Source of the DNA: an uncultured bacterium
Lineage (GTDB): Bacteria; Eisenbacteria; RBG-16-71-46
Reading direction: 5' to 3'
DNA length: 64,000 nt
NCBI GenBank assembly: GCA_964589945.1
Contig: CAZPVG010000013.1
Location: 7,280 to 71,279, forward strand
Shown here: positions 55,440 through 64,000 of the stretch, one piece after another
Position numbering within the stretch: position 1 is the stretch's first letter
Layout: every line of letters starts with the position of its first letter
Notes under the pieces: model-generated
The model's database searches: none
What the model saw: the letters and a program-made list of their open reading frames with translations, nothing else
Told to the model about the DNA's origin: nothing
Translations under genes and position numbers: made by a program

Positions 55440-56657
55440 CTACGCGGCTCCCCCGCGTCCGCCGGCTCCGCCGCCGGCGGACGCGCCCGCAGGATGCCCC
55501 GGCGACCCCGCGTCGCGCGAGCCCCGCGCGATGCGCGCGAACAGGTCCTCGTAGGCGCGCACCATCGCCCGGACGTCGAACCGCGCCTCCGCGCGCCGGC
55601 GGGCCGCCGCGCCGAGGCGCTCCCGCAGGCCGGCGTCGCCGAGCAGGCGCGCGATCCGGTCGGCCAGCGCGGCGCCGTCTCCCGGCGGGACGAGGAAGCC
55701 CGTCCCGCCCTCGACGACCACGTCGCGCACCGAGCCCACGTCGGTGGACACGGCGGGGACGCCGCAGGCATGGGCCTCGAGCAGCGTCACCGGCAGCGTC
55801 TCGACGACCGGGTGCGAGCTGAGCACCGCGACGTCGAGCGCGCCCCACAGGCGCGCGACGTCCCGGCGGGCACCGAGCAGGCGCACGGCGTCGCCGACGC
55901 CCGCGCGGGCCACGAGCGACTCGACGGTGGCGCGTTCGGGACCGTCGCCGACGATCACGAAGCGCGCCCCGGGCAGGCGCGCCAGCACCCGCGCGGCCGC
56001 CTCGACGAACAGCGCGTGGTTCTTCTCCGGGCGCAGCGCCGCGACGATGCCCGCGAGCGGGGCGTCCTCGGGCAGGCCGAGTTCACGTCGGCGCGCCCGC
56101 CGGTCGGCCGGCGGAGCGAACGCGGCGAGGTCCACGCCCGAGGGAATCACCTCGAATCGCGACGGGGGGAGCCGCCGGCTCGCGGCGAGGTGGTCACGGT
56201 GCGAGTCCGCGAGCGCGACGAGGCGATCCGCCGCCGGCAGGGCCACGCGGCTCGCGATCTCGTACTGCAGTCCTCCCCCCAGCCGGCCGGTCGAGTGCAG
56301 GCCCACGACGAGCCCGGGTCGCGCGGCGCGACGCCGCTCGAGCCCCGCCCAGAAGAGCGGCAGCGGGCTGTCCACGACGCAGGTGACGTCCACGCGCTCC
56401 CGGGCGAGCAGTCCGCGCAGCCGGCCTCCGGTCCACGGCGACCACCACGATCGCGCGATTCGATCGAACGTCCGGTGACCGTCGCGCTCCAGCTCCTCGC
56501 CGACGGGACCGGGCCCGTAGAGGTTCACGACGAGCGGCACGACCTTTGCCGGGTCGATCCGGGAGACCAGGGCCTGGACGAGCCGCTCGGCGCCCCCGAA
56601 GCCGAGGCTCGCCTGGAGGAAGGCGACCCGCACGGGCGGTCCCGCCGGCGCGCTCAT
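55440..56657 (-). CDS. family 4 glycosyltransferase
   Basis: Start MSAPAGPPVRVAFLQASLGFGGAERLV (ATG 56655-56657, ATGA overlap). ETLPVTLLEAHACGVPAVSTDVGS. Confidence 0.85.
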   Translation of the reverse strand: MSAPAGPPVRVAFLQASLGFGGAERLVQALVSRIDPAKVVPLVVNLYGPGPVGEELERDGHRTFDRIARSWWSPWTGGRLRGLLARERVDVTCVVDSPLPLFWAGLERRRAARPGLVVGLHSTGRLGGGLQYEIASRVALPAADRLVALADSHRDHLAASRRLPPSRFEVIPSGVDLAAFAPPADRRARRRELGLPEDAPLAGIVAALRPEKNHALFVEAAARVLARLPGARFVIVGDGPERATVESLVARAGVGDAVRLLGARRDVARLWGALDVAVLSSHPVVETLPVTLLEAHACGVPAVSTDVGSVRDVVVEGGTGFLVPPGDGAALADRIARLLGDAGLRERLGAAARRRAEARFDVRAMVRAYEDLFARIARGSRDAGSPGHPAGASAGGGAGGRGGAA

Positions 56658-59206
56658 CGGCCCTCCCCCCGCGGCATCACGGCCAGGGTGTCCACCGGCA
56701 CGCCCGAGTAGTAGTCCCGGTCCATGAGGAAGTCGCGCAGGTGGTAGTTGGGATAGTGCGCCTCGTGCAGCACGCGCACCTGCACCTCGTACCGTCCCGC
56801 GGCCGCGTTCACGGGCACGACGACGCGGGCCGAGTCCTCGACCCACTCGCCGGGCTTCCACAGGTCCACGCCGTACGCGCCGCCGGCCGGCAGGTGGTCG
56901 GCGCGGAAGCGGAACCGGCGGCCGGTCCAGGACTCGTACAGCTTGCGCGCCGGCTTCTCGATCCACGCGGGGGCGTGGAAACCCGGCGGCATCGGCCGGT
57001 CGAAGCGCAGCGCGATCTTGTACGAGCCCGCGGGCAGCGGCCGGGACACGGTCCACGTGCACACCGCGAGCAGCGTGTCGCCCGGGCGGGCGCGCGACGC
57101 CGAAAGCAAGAAGCGCTGGAGCTCGGGGAGTCCCTTGCCCATCGGGACGGGCGGTCCCGCTCCCGGCCCGGCAGCGTGCACCGCGGGCCGGGGCCGGCCG
57201 CCCCCGGAGAGCCGGGCGAGCGAGTCGCGGTCCACGCGGTAGACGACGAAACCGTTCCGGTCGTACACGCGGGGGAACGCACCCGGCTCGGCGTCGAACC
57301 GCGCGCGCGCCGCCCGGTACCACTCATGCGTGGGCGCCCAGTAGTCGAACGCCGGCACCTTCTGGAAGCGGTCGTTGAGCGCGATCGCGGTGATGCCGCG
57401 GGCCTCGATCACCTCGCGCGTGCGCTCCCACGTCGCGGAAGGGTCGAGCGCGTCGCGGGCCTGCAGGAGGCGCACGACCGCGAGCGAGTCGTTGGGCGAA
57501 CTGTGCTGGTCCACGAGCGTCGCGACCCAGTGTCGCGTCGCCATCGGTACCGCGTACGAGGTGGCCGGGTCGCTCAGCACGACGGTCCCCTCCGGCAGGT
57601 TCGCGTCCATCCAGGAGAGCGCGTCGCGCCAGGCATCCATGCCGATCACGCGCTCGCGCGCGTGCACGTGCGCGGCGGGCTCCGCGAAGATGGTCACCGC
57701 GTCCGCGAGCGGATGGCGCAGCAGCAGGACGACCCCCGCGAGCGTCGCGGCGGCCGCGATCCGGCCGGACGCGGAGCTCCGGGCGAACCGGGTGAGGAGG
57801 GCGTCCACGGCGAAGGCCACCGCCGCGAAGAGCGGCAGGAGCCAGACGAACCTCATGAGCAGGTAGCCGAGCTTCGGTTGCAGGGCCATCGTGAGCGGCG
57901 GGAACAGCATGATCGCGAACACCGCGACGGTCGTCGTGAGCAGGTAGAGCACCGCCGTTCGGGCCGACGCGCGCGCCCAGGCCCACGCCGAGAGCGGGAA
58001 GAGCAGGGAGCCCCAGCCGAGCCACTCCCAGAACGTGCCCGGGTTGACGACGAACCACCGCTCCCCGAGGTAGACGAGGCCCTGCGGCTCGGTGTGGATC
58101 GGGTTGACCGGCGCGTAGGCTCCGTGCGCGCGCCAGAGCAGGTAGGGCAGGCACGCCGCCCCGAGCAGCACCGCGGTGGCGGCCAGCCGGCGGAACGCGG
58201 GGCCCGGGCCCCGGTCGCGCACGAGCATTCCCACGCCGAGCCCCGCGAAGACGGTCGCGAACTCGAGCGCCGCGAAGACGTGGGTGAACACCGCCCCGAG
58301 CGCGAGCGCGATCGCCGCGACGCGGCTGCGCGCTGTGCGCGCGTCGAGGTCGGCGAGCACCGCGGTCGCGGTCGCGATCGCGAGCTGGTCCGCGAGCTTG
58401 GTCGCGAGCCCCGCTTCGCGCAGGGCGACGGTCGAGAGCGAGCCGCCGTAGGTGAGCAGCAGCGCCCAGGCTCCGAGCGCGGCGGTGCGCGGTCCTCCGA
58501 GCAGCCAGGCGAACGACGCCGCGTTCAGGACGAAGAGCGGCGCAGTGAACGCACCCAGCAGGCGCCATGCCGGCCAGGGATCCACCCCGCTGACGACGCA
58601 GAGCAACGCGACGATCGGGTGCCAGAGGCCCTTGCGCGGATCGGCACCCATCGGGCCCGCGTCGCGGAAGAACGCGTCGGTGGGGAACGCCGAGCCGGAG
58701 GCCATCATGCGGCGGATCGTCCCGATGTGGTCCGGCGAGTCGGAGTAGAACGTGACGGGCGTCCCGAGCCTCGCGACGTGCACGGCGGCCAGCGCCGCCG
58801 CGACGAGGACCGCCACGAGCGCGACGCCCCGCAGGCCCGGTCCGGCCCCGCCCGGCGTTCGCGCGTGCGGCGCGCGGGCGCCCGCGATCGCCCACGGGAC
58901 CAGCGACAGTCCCGCACTCGCGCCCGCCACGGCCGTGAACGGGGCCTGCACCGCGGTGGCCACGAGCACGAGGACCGACTGCCACGCGACGCCGAGGCCC
59001 AGCGCCCAGCCCGGCGCAAGCCAGGGTCCGCCGGGCGGGACGACCCCGATCACCGCGAGCCACGCGACGCCCGGAAGCAGCACGACGGCGAGGAAGGCCG
59101 CGGCGAGCCGCAGGCCGTCCGGGAGCCCGGCGAGGGCGTGCGAGAGCCCGAGCAGCTGCAGCGCGACCTGCAGCGCGGCGAGCGCGATGGCCGTCCTCCG
59201 GGTCAT
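56654..59206 (-). CDS. large polytopic membrane protein with a C-terminal periplasmic domain, function unknown
   Basis: 850 aa. About 16 TM segments over residues 1-520, then a 330-aa soluble domain. Positioned between wzx and the GT4 genes. Confidence 0.7.
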   Translation of the reverse strand: MTRRTAIALAALQVALQLLGLSHALAGLPDGLRLAAAFLAVVLLPGVAWLAVIGVVPPGGPWLAPGWALGLGVAWQSVLVLVATAVQAPFTAVAGASAGLSLVPWAIAGARAPHARTPGGAGPGLRGVALVAVLVAAALAAVHVARLGTPVTFYSDSPDHIGTIRRMMASGSAFPTDAFFRDAGPMGADPRKGLWHPIVALLCVVSGVDPWPAWRLLGAFTAPLFVLNAASFAWLLGGPRTAALGAWALLLTYGGSLSTVALREAGLATKLADQLAIATATAVLADLDARTARSRVAAIALALGAVFTHVFAALEFATVFAGLGVGMLVRDRGPGPAFRRLAATAVLLGAACLPYLLWRAHGAYAPVNPIHTEPQGLVYLGERWFVVNPGTFWEWLGWGSLLFPLSAWAWARASARTAVLYLLTTTVAVFAIMLFPPLTMALQPKLGYLLMRFVWLLPLFAAVAFAVDALLTRFARSSASGRIAAAATLAGVVLLLRHPLADAVTIFAEPAAHVHARERVIGMDAWRDALSWMDANLPEGTVVLSDPATSYAVPMATRHWVATLVDQHSSPNDSLAVVRLLQARDALDPSATWERTREVIEARGITAIALNDRFQKVPAFDYWAPTHEWYRAARARFDAEPGAFPRVYDRNGFVVYRVDRDSLARLSGGGRPRPAVHAAGPGAGPPVPMGKGLPELQRFLLSASRARPGDTLLAVCTWTVSRPLPAGSYKIALRFDRPMPPGFHAPAWIEKPARKLYESWTGRRFRFRADHLPAGGAYGVDLWKPGEWVEDSARVVVPVNAAAGRYEVQVRVLHEAHYPNYHLRDFLMDRDYYSGVPVDTLAVMPRGEGR

Positions 59207-59258
59207 CCGGGCCCCCCGGCCGGGATCGCGCGTCCCCGGACGTTCGTCGAAGGCATCC

Positions 59259-60803
59259 TCATCGCGGCTCCGTCGGGGAAGAGTCCCCGCCCGGGCGGCG
59301 CAGGAGCGGACCCACGATCGGGAGGTCCAGCTCCCCCAGGACCTCGCGAAGTCCGAGCCCCGCCGACAGCGGCTTCGCGACCGCGAAGTAGACGGCGGCG
59401 AACGCCGTGCCCGAGAGGATCAGTCGCAGCGCCCGCCAGGCGATTTCGGGGTGCCCGGCCCAGGGCACGAACTGGTGGAGCGTGACCAGCAGGACCAGCG
59501 CGGTGACGAGCGGGAGGTACAGCCTCCCGATCAGCGAGAGCACGCGCCCCGCCGACAGGCCGAGGCCGGTCAGCGCCATCGTGAGCAGCAGCGCGCCGCT
59601 CACCGAGTAGGTCGCGACCGTCGCCCAGGCCACGCCGGTGATCCCGAAGCCGAGCCGGACCGCGAGCAGGTCGAATCCCGCTCCGGCGACCGCCGAAAGC
59701 ACCGCCCCGGGCATGAGCAGCGTCTGCCGGCCCGTCGTCATGAGCACGATCGACGCGAGGTTCGCGAAGGCGAGCCCCACGGCGCCGAAGCAGAGCGCGC
59801 GCAGGGCCGAGACGCCTGGCCCGAACTTCGGCAATACGACCTGCACGACCGGCCCCGCCACGAGGAACGCCGCCGCCCCGAGCGCGGGCACGAGCAGCGA
59901 GGAGGCGCGCAGGACCCGCACGACCTGGTCGCGGATCGAGGCCGGGTCGCGGCCCGACGCGGTGAAGTCCCGCTGCAGCCGGGGATAGAGCACGTAGGTC
60001 ACGGCGTCCGGCGCGTAGAGCATGAAGGCCAGCGCCATCACCGCCAGGCTGTAGTAGCCCAGCATCTCCATGCCGAGGAACCTCAGGATGATCAGGCGGT
60101 CCAGCTGGCGCATGACCAGCGTCGAGGCCAGGTAGACGAACAGCGGGAACCCGGTCTGCACGAGATCCAGGCCGTCCGCCGAGGGCGCCGGGGCGAGCGG
60201 CGCGTTCTGGCGGGATCTCGAAGTGGTGAAGCCGAGAGCCGCCAGGCACCCGACCGCCCAGCCGCCGAGCAGGCCCCAGATCCCGATGACGGGAATCAAC
60301 GCGAGGCCGAGCACGCCGCCGATCGCCCCCTGGAGCAGCATCCACTGTCCGACCGTCGTGAGGTCGCCGTGCGAGCGCTGGATCGAGGTCTGGTAGTTCG
60401 CGAGGTTCGTCGCGAAGACGCACGCGAGCGCCACGCCCATCCCCGCGTAGCCCCAGGCGTCCCGGATCCGGCTCTGGCCCACGGAGATCCAGACGAGGCA
60501 GCAGAGCGCGTAGAGCGACGTCAGCGCGACGATGTTGAACAGCGCCGCGCGCTTGACGCGCCGCACGCCCTCGGCGTCGCCCGAGACCAGCCGGGGCGGC
60601 ACGAGCTGGTCCAGGCCCTGCTGGGTGCCGAACAGCAGCAGGCCGCCGTTGTCGAGCACGAGCTGGATGGCGTTCCAGGCGCCGAGCGGCAGGGGGCCGA
60701 GCAGCCGCGCCGCGAGCAGCGTCCGCAGCATGAGCGTGGCGCGCACCACGTACTGCGCGAAGGCGATTCCGAACGAGTCCCGGATGAACTTGCGAGGAGC
60801 CAT
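59259..60803 (-). CDS. wzx: Wzx-like oligosaccharide flippase (MOP/PST family)
   Basis: 514 aa, 12-14 TM. N-terminal IRDSFGIAFAQYVVRATLMLRTLLAARLLGPLPLGAWNAIQLVL typical of polysaccharide biosynthesis protein family flippases. Confidence 0.85.
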   Translation of the reverse strand: MAPRKFIRDSFGIAFAQYVVRATLMLRTLLAARLLGPLPLGAWNAIQLVLDNGGLLLFGTQQGLDQLVPPRLVSGDAEGVRRVKRAALFNIVALTSLYALCCLVWISVGQSRIRDAWGYAGMGVALACVFATNLANYQTSIQRSHGDLTTVGQWMLLQGAIGGVLGLALIPVIGIWGLLGGWAVGCLAALGFTTSRSRQNAPLAPAPSADGLDLVQTGFPLFVYLASTLVMRQLDRLIILRFLGMEMLGYYSLAVMALAFMLYAPDAVTYVLYPRLQRDFTASGRDPASIRDQVVRVLRASSLLVPALGAAAFLVAGPVVQVVLPKFGPGVSALRALCFGAVGLAFANLASIVLMTTGRQTLLMPGAVLSAVAGAGFDLLAVRLGFGITGVAWATVATYSVSGALLLTMALTGLGLSAGRVLSLIGRLYLPLVTALVLLVTLHQFVPWAGHPEIAWRALRLILSGTAFAAVYFAVAKPLSAGLGLREVLGELDLPIVGPLLRRPGGDSSPTEPR

Positions 60804-60895
60804 GGGGGGAGGGTGTTCCTCGGTGCCCGTCAGCGGCCGATCCCGGCGCGGCTTCGGGGTGGCGCCGCCGTGCGCGCCCGCATTAGACTTCCGCC

Positions 60896-62119
60896 GTGAA
60901 CGATCCCGACCTGCGCGCTCCGGCGCCCGGCTCGCTCGCGTCGCAGGGCGGCTCGCCGGTGCGCGACACCTTCCTTCCGATCGCCGTGCCGTGGATCGGC
61001 GAGCGCGAGAAGCAGCTCGTGCTCGAATCGCTCGAGTCCGGCTGGATCACGACCGGCCCGAGAACGCAGGAGCTCGCCGCGCGCGTCGCCGCCCTGGCGG
61101 GGGCGAAGCACGCCGTCGCCGTGAACAGCGCGACCGGGGCCCTCCACCTGGCGCTCGAGGCACTGGGACTGGGACCCGGCGACGAGGTGATCACCTCGAC
61201 CTACACGTTCGCCGCGACCGTGAACGTCATCGAGCACGTCCGCGCGACGACCGTCCTCGTGGACGTCGAGCCGGACACGTTGAACCTGGACCCGGCAGCC
61301 GTCGAGGCCGCGATCACACCGCGCACGCGCGCGATCCTGACCGTCGACTACGGCGGGCATCCCTGCGAGTACGACGCGCTGCAGGCGATCGCCGACCGCC
61401 ACGGGCTCCTGCTCGTGGACGACGCGGCGCACGCGCTGGGCGCGCGCTACCGCGGCCGCCCCGTCGGCACGCTCGCGCGCGTGACCGCGTTCTCGTTCTA
61501 CGCGACGAAGAACCTCACGACCGGCGAGGGCGGCGCGGCCGTGACCGACGACGAGGCCCTGGCCGAGCGGATCCGCCTGCTCAGCCTGCACGGCATGAGC
61601 CGCGACGCGTGGAAGCGCTACGGTGACACGGGCTCGTGGTACTACGAAGTGATCGCTCCCGGCTGGAAGTACAACCTGAGCGACGTGCTGGCGGCCATCG
61701 GCGTGGGCCAGCTCGACCGCTTCGAGGCGTTCCAGCAGCGCCGGCGCGAGCTGGTCGAGCGCATGCGCGCCGGGCTCGCGGACGTGCCCGGGGTGCGCAC
61801 GCCGCGCGCGCGCCCGGAGGTGGATCACGCCTGGCACCTGTTCCCGATCGCGCTCGAGCTCGACCGTCTCGCGATCGACCGGGCGCGGTTCGTGCGCGAG
61901 CTGCGGGCGGAGAACATCGGCACCTCGGTGCATTTCATCCCGATCCATTTCCACCCGCATTTCCGCGACAGCCTCGGCCTGCGCGAGGGCCGCTTCCCCG
62001 TGGCCGAGGACGCGTACCGGCGGGCGATCACGCTGCCGCTCTTCCCGCGCATGAGCGACCGGGACGCCGACGACGTGATCGAGGCCGTGCGCAAGATCGC
62101 GCACGCCTTCCGGCGCTGA
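60896..62119 (+). CDS. DegT/DnrJ/EryC1/StrS family sugar aminotransferase (PLP-dependent)
   Basis: GTG start. FLPIAVPWIGEREKQ. SATGALHLAL. FSFYATKNLTTGEGG (PLP lysine region). Confidence 0.9.
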   Translation: MNDPDLRAPAPGSLASQGGSPVRDTFLPIAVPWIGEREKQLVLESLESGWITTGPRTQELAARVAALAGAKHAVAVNSATGALHLALEALGLGPGDEVITSTYTFAATVNVIEHVRATTVLVDVEPDTLNLDPAAVEAAITPRTRAILTVDYGGHPCEYDALQAIADRHGLLLVDDAAHALGARYRGRPVGTLARVTAFSFYATKNLTTGEGGAAVTDDEALAERIRLLSLHGMSRDAWKRYGDTGSWYYEVIAPGWKYNLSDVLAAIGVGQLDRFEAFQQRRRELVERMRAGLADVPGVRTPRARPEVDHAWHLFPIALELDRLAIDRARFVRELRAENIGTSVHFIPIHFHPHFRDSLGLREGRFPVAEDAYRRAITLPLFPRMSDRDADDVIEAVRKIAHAFRR

Positions 62120-62148
62120 CGCGGGCGCGGGACGGACGGCGGGCCGGG

Positions 62149-63141
62149 TCACGCGCTCTCCTCCCGTACGTGCTCGAGCGTCGAGAGCGACAGCCCCTCG
62201 CGGTTGAGGAAGAACAGCCCCACCGCGGTGATGGGCAGCCACTGGCTGAAGAAGTAGAACCACCCGAACGCGCTCGCGGGCGTCTTGCCCACGCCGTACA
62301 GCGCGAGGCCGGCGGTGCACGCGACGTTGAGGGTGCCGACGTACCCGGGCGCCGCGGGCACCATGATGCCGATCGCGGTCACGACCAGCAGTACGAGACC
62401 CGCGTACCACGGCAGGGCGATGTCGAGCGACCAGGCGCTGATCCAGAGCGCCACGGCGAAGCTCAGGAACATCACGAACGACAGCACGAACACCTGCATC
62501 AGCTTGCCGACGTTCCGGAAGAGCGTGAACCCGTCCAGGAAGCGGTCGAGCAGGTGTCCCGCGCTCCCGCGGAGCCGTCGGGGAGACAGATTGATCATCG
62601 CGTGGGCGAACCGGCGGTTCCGCTCGGCGACGACGACGAAGGCCGTCAGGCCGATCGAGAGGACGAGCAACAGCCGGGCGCCGCCCTGCACGAGGCGGCC
62701 CGCCGGCGTGTTCTCGGCGATGGGCGCCACGAGCAGCGCGACGCCGAAGATCGCCAGGAGCGTCAGCATGTCGATCACGCGCTCGACCAGGATGGTGGCG
62801 AGCAGCATCGACTTCGAGAGGCTCTCGCGCCGCGCGAGCGCCCACGGCCGGACGAACTCCCCGAGCCGGAACGGCAGGACGTTGTTCGCCATGAAGCCGA
62901 TCATCGTGGAGCTGAAGAGGCTGTCGGTCGAGACGTGCCGGTCCACCTGCAGCAGGAACCGCCAGCGGACCGCGCGCACCCAGAACGCCAGGATCGTGAT
63001 GACCATGACCCCGGTGAACCCGAAGTAGTTCGCGTGGCGCAGCGACTCGGCCACGCGCCCGAGATCGACCTCCCTCATCGACAGCCACACGCAGAGGGCG
63101 GAGATGCCGATGGCGACGACGAGGTGGATCGCGCGTCTCAC
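62149..63141 (-). CDS. lysylphosphatidylglycerol-synthase-TM-like (flippase-like, UPF0104) membrane protein, stand-alone
   Basis: GTG start overlapping the DUF2304 stop (GTGA). VRRAIHLVVAIGISALCVWLSMREVDLGRV...PFRLGEFVRP. 330 aa, about 8 TM. Confidence 0.75.
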   Translation of the reverse strand: MRRAIHLVVAIGISALCVWLSMREVDLGRVAESLRHANYFGFTGVMVITILAFWVRAVRWRFLLQVDRHVSTDSLFSSTMIGFMANNVLPFRLGEFVRPWALARRESLSKSMLLATILVERVIDMLTLLAIFGVALLVAPIAENTPAGRLVQGGARLLLVLSIGLTAFVVVAERNRRFAHAMINLSPRRLRGSAGHLLDRFLDGFTLFRNVGKLMQVFVLSFVMFLSFAVALWISAWSLDIALPWYAGLVLLVVTAIGIMVPAAPGYVGTLNVACTAGLALYGVGKTPASAFGWFYFFSQWLPITAVGLFFLNREGLSLSTLEHVREESA

Positions 63142-63518
63142 CGGGCCTCCTCCCCACCCCGTTCGCGCCGCAGCTCCTCGAGGTCGTGACGGAGCAGGGC
63201 CATCTCGCGCGTGAGCTCGTGGTTCTCGTAGCCGAGCCGGGAGAGCTTGATCGACGCGTAGAGCAGCATGGCCGTCGCGAAGGCGAGGCCGAACGCGAAG
63301 ACCGTCGAGGATTCGCCGAGGAAGCCGAGCACCCGCGTGATCCAGACGAGCAGCGGCGTCGAGAAGCCGAGCAGCGCGATGATGACGCTCGCGATGACCC
63401 ACAACAGCGAGTACTCCTCGGAGAGCCGGCGCCGGCGCACCAGGTCGAGGACGTAGAGCGCGAGCAGCACGGCGCCGAACGCCACGACCACCTGGGTCCT
63501 CGACAGGAAGTACGACAT
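63138..63518 (-). CDS. DUF2304-like small membrane protein
   Basis: 126 aa, three TM helices. Located directly downstream of a GtrB-like GT2, the usual context for this family. Confidence 0.7.
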   Translation of the reverse strand: MSYFLSRTQVVVAFGAVLLALYVLDLVRRRRLSEEYSLLWVIASVIIALLGFSTPLLVWITRVLGFLGESSTVFAFGLAFATAMLLYASIKLSRLGYENHELTREMALLRHDLEELRRERGGEEAR

Positions 63519-63533
63519 GGGAGCCTCCGGGGG

Positions 63534-64000
63534 TCAGACGGGCCTGCGGATCAGCGCCATCAGCGACGCCAGCAGGTTCTTGTAGGGGTAGTAGAGCTGC
63601 TTGCCGAGCGTGTAGAAGGAGCGGCCCGCCTGGCGTTCCCGCATGCGCACCGGCACCTCCTCGAGCCGGAAGCCGTGCCGGGCGAGCAGGATGAGCAGCG
63701 GGGCGTCCGGGAAGTCCTTCGGGAAGTCGTGCTGGCAGACCTCCATGACGGGACGCGCGTAGGCGCGGAATCCCGACGTCGTGTCGGTGATCCGCCTCCC
63801 GATCGCCAGCCGGACGACCGCCTGGAACAACCACATGCCGATCTTGCGGTTCAGCGGCGCACGGTACCCGGACGACTCCACGAACCGCGAGCCGATCGAC
63901 ACGTCGCAGCGCCCCGCGAGGACCGGCGCGAGCAGGGCCGGAAGGAAGGCCGGGTCGTGCTGGCCGTCCGCGTCGAGCTGGACCCCGACGTCGTAGCCGT
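63534..64000 (-). CDS. family 2 glycosyltransferase, polyprenol-phosphate sugar synthase (GtrB-like), partial; the N-terminus lies beyond the window end
   Basis: The in-frame translation continues upstream of the track start with ...YDVGVQLDADGQHDPAFLPALLAP... (DADxQHxP motif), then DTTSGFRAY. No start within the window. Confidence 0.8.
   Translation of the reverse strand, partial: GYDVGVQLDADGQHDPAFLPALLAPVLAGRCDVSIGSRFVESSGYRAPLNRKIGMWLFQAVVRLAIGRRITDTTSGFRAYARPVMEVCQHDFPKDFPDAPLLILLARHGFRLEEVPVRMRERQAGRSFYTLGKQLYYPYKNLLASLMALIRRPV

Noticed and set aside
50384-55848. 1647-aa ORF 50384..55327 (-), 1289-aa ORF 51685..55554 (+), and the N-terminus of 53497..55848
   Set aside because: These are multi-gene fusion artefacts. 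Real minus-strand genes in three different frames (50384..51451, 51448..53493, 53497..55437) are each recognisable. The plus ORF is antisense.
56546-63189. Plus-strand ORFs 56546..59485, 58752..60899, 61636..63189 and minus ORFs 57324..59063, 59203..60423, 60830..63157
   Set aside because: Arg/Glu/Asp/Pro-rich with no motifs. They are antisense or out of frame relative to the membrane protein, wzx, DegT and flippase-like genes.

Overview
This is a high-GC (about 70%) bacterial chromosomal window. It is densely coded on both strands, with many 4-nt start/stop overlaps and frequent GTG/TTG starts. In the ORF track, most long ORFs with R/A/G/P-rich low-complexity translations are antisense or out-of-frame shadows of the real genes; I rejected them. 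From 1 to 21.6 kb the window carries housekeeping and signalling genes: an SSF symporter with DUF3311 and a secreted PIG-L deacetylase; an FHA protein, a HEAT-repeat Ser/Thr kinase and tandem PilT/PilU-like type IV pilus retraction ATPases; a divergent pair of HD-GYP phosphodiesterases; exported MsrB; a DUF4301-like protein; a folE-GT2-oxidoreductase-membrane protein operon; tRNA-Gly(GCC); aspartate kinase; and glgA with a galT-like gene. From 21.7 kb to the window end lies a contiguous surface-polysaccharide island of about 42 kb with at least 36 genes in six operon blocks. It encodes 9 GT4, 5 GT2, two ArnT/PMT-like GT-C proteins, Wzx and a Wzy-like protein, an initiating sugar transferase, manC plus an unmistakable algD (GDP-mannose 6-dehydrogenase), an AlgI-like MBOAT with an AlgJ/X-like partner, two AsnB-family amidotransferases, a DegT aminotransferase, FemAB-like and PEP-CTERM-associated deacetylase genes, LPG-synthase-TM (flippase-like) domains (one fused to a GT4), a SPOR lipoprotein and two large uncharacterised polytopic membrane proteins. 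The window contains no CRISPR array, rRNA, transposase or integrase. Recurrent extended -10-like motifs (TGCTAAYC / TGATAGACT) lie 8-12 nt upstream of several operon-first start codons, and a 350-bp lower-GC leader with tandem motifs and an ops-like element precedes the main EPS operon. Hand-counted coordinates of non-CDS elements may be off by 1-2 nt; CDS coordinates are anchored to the ORF-track frames.
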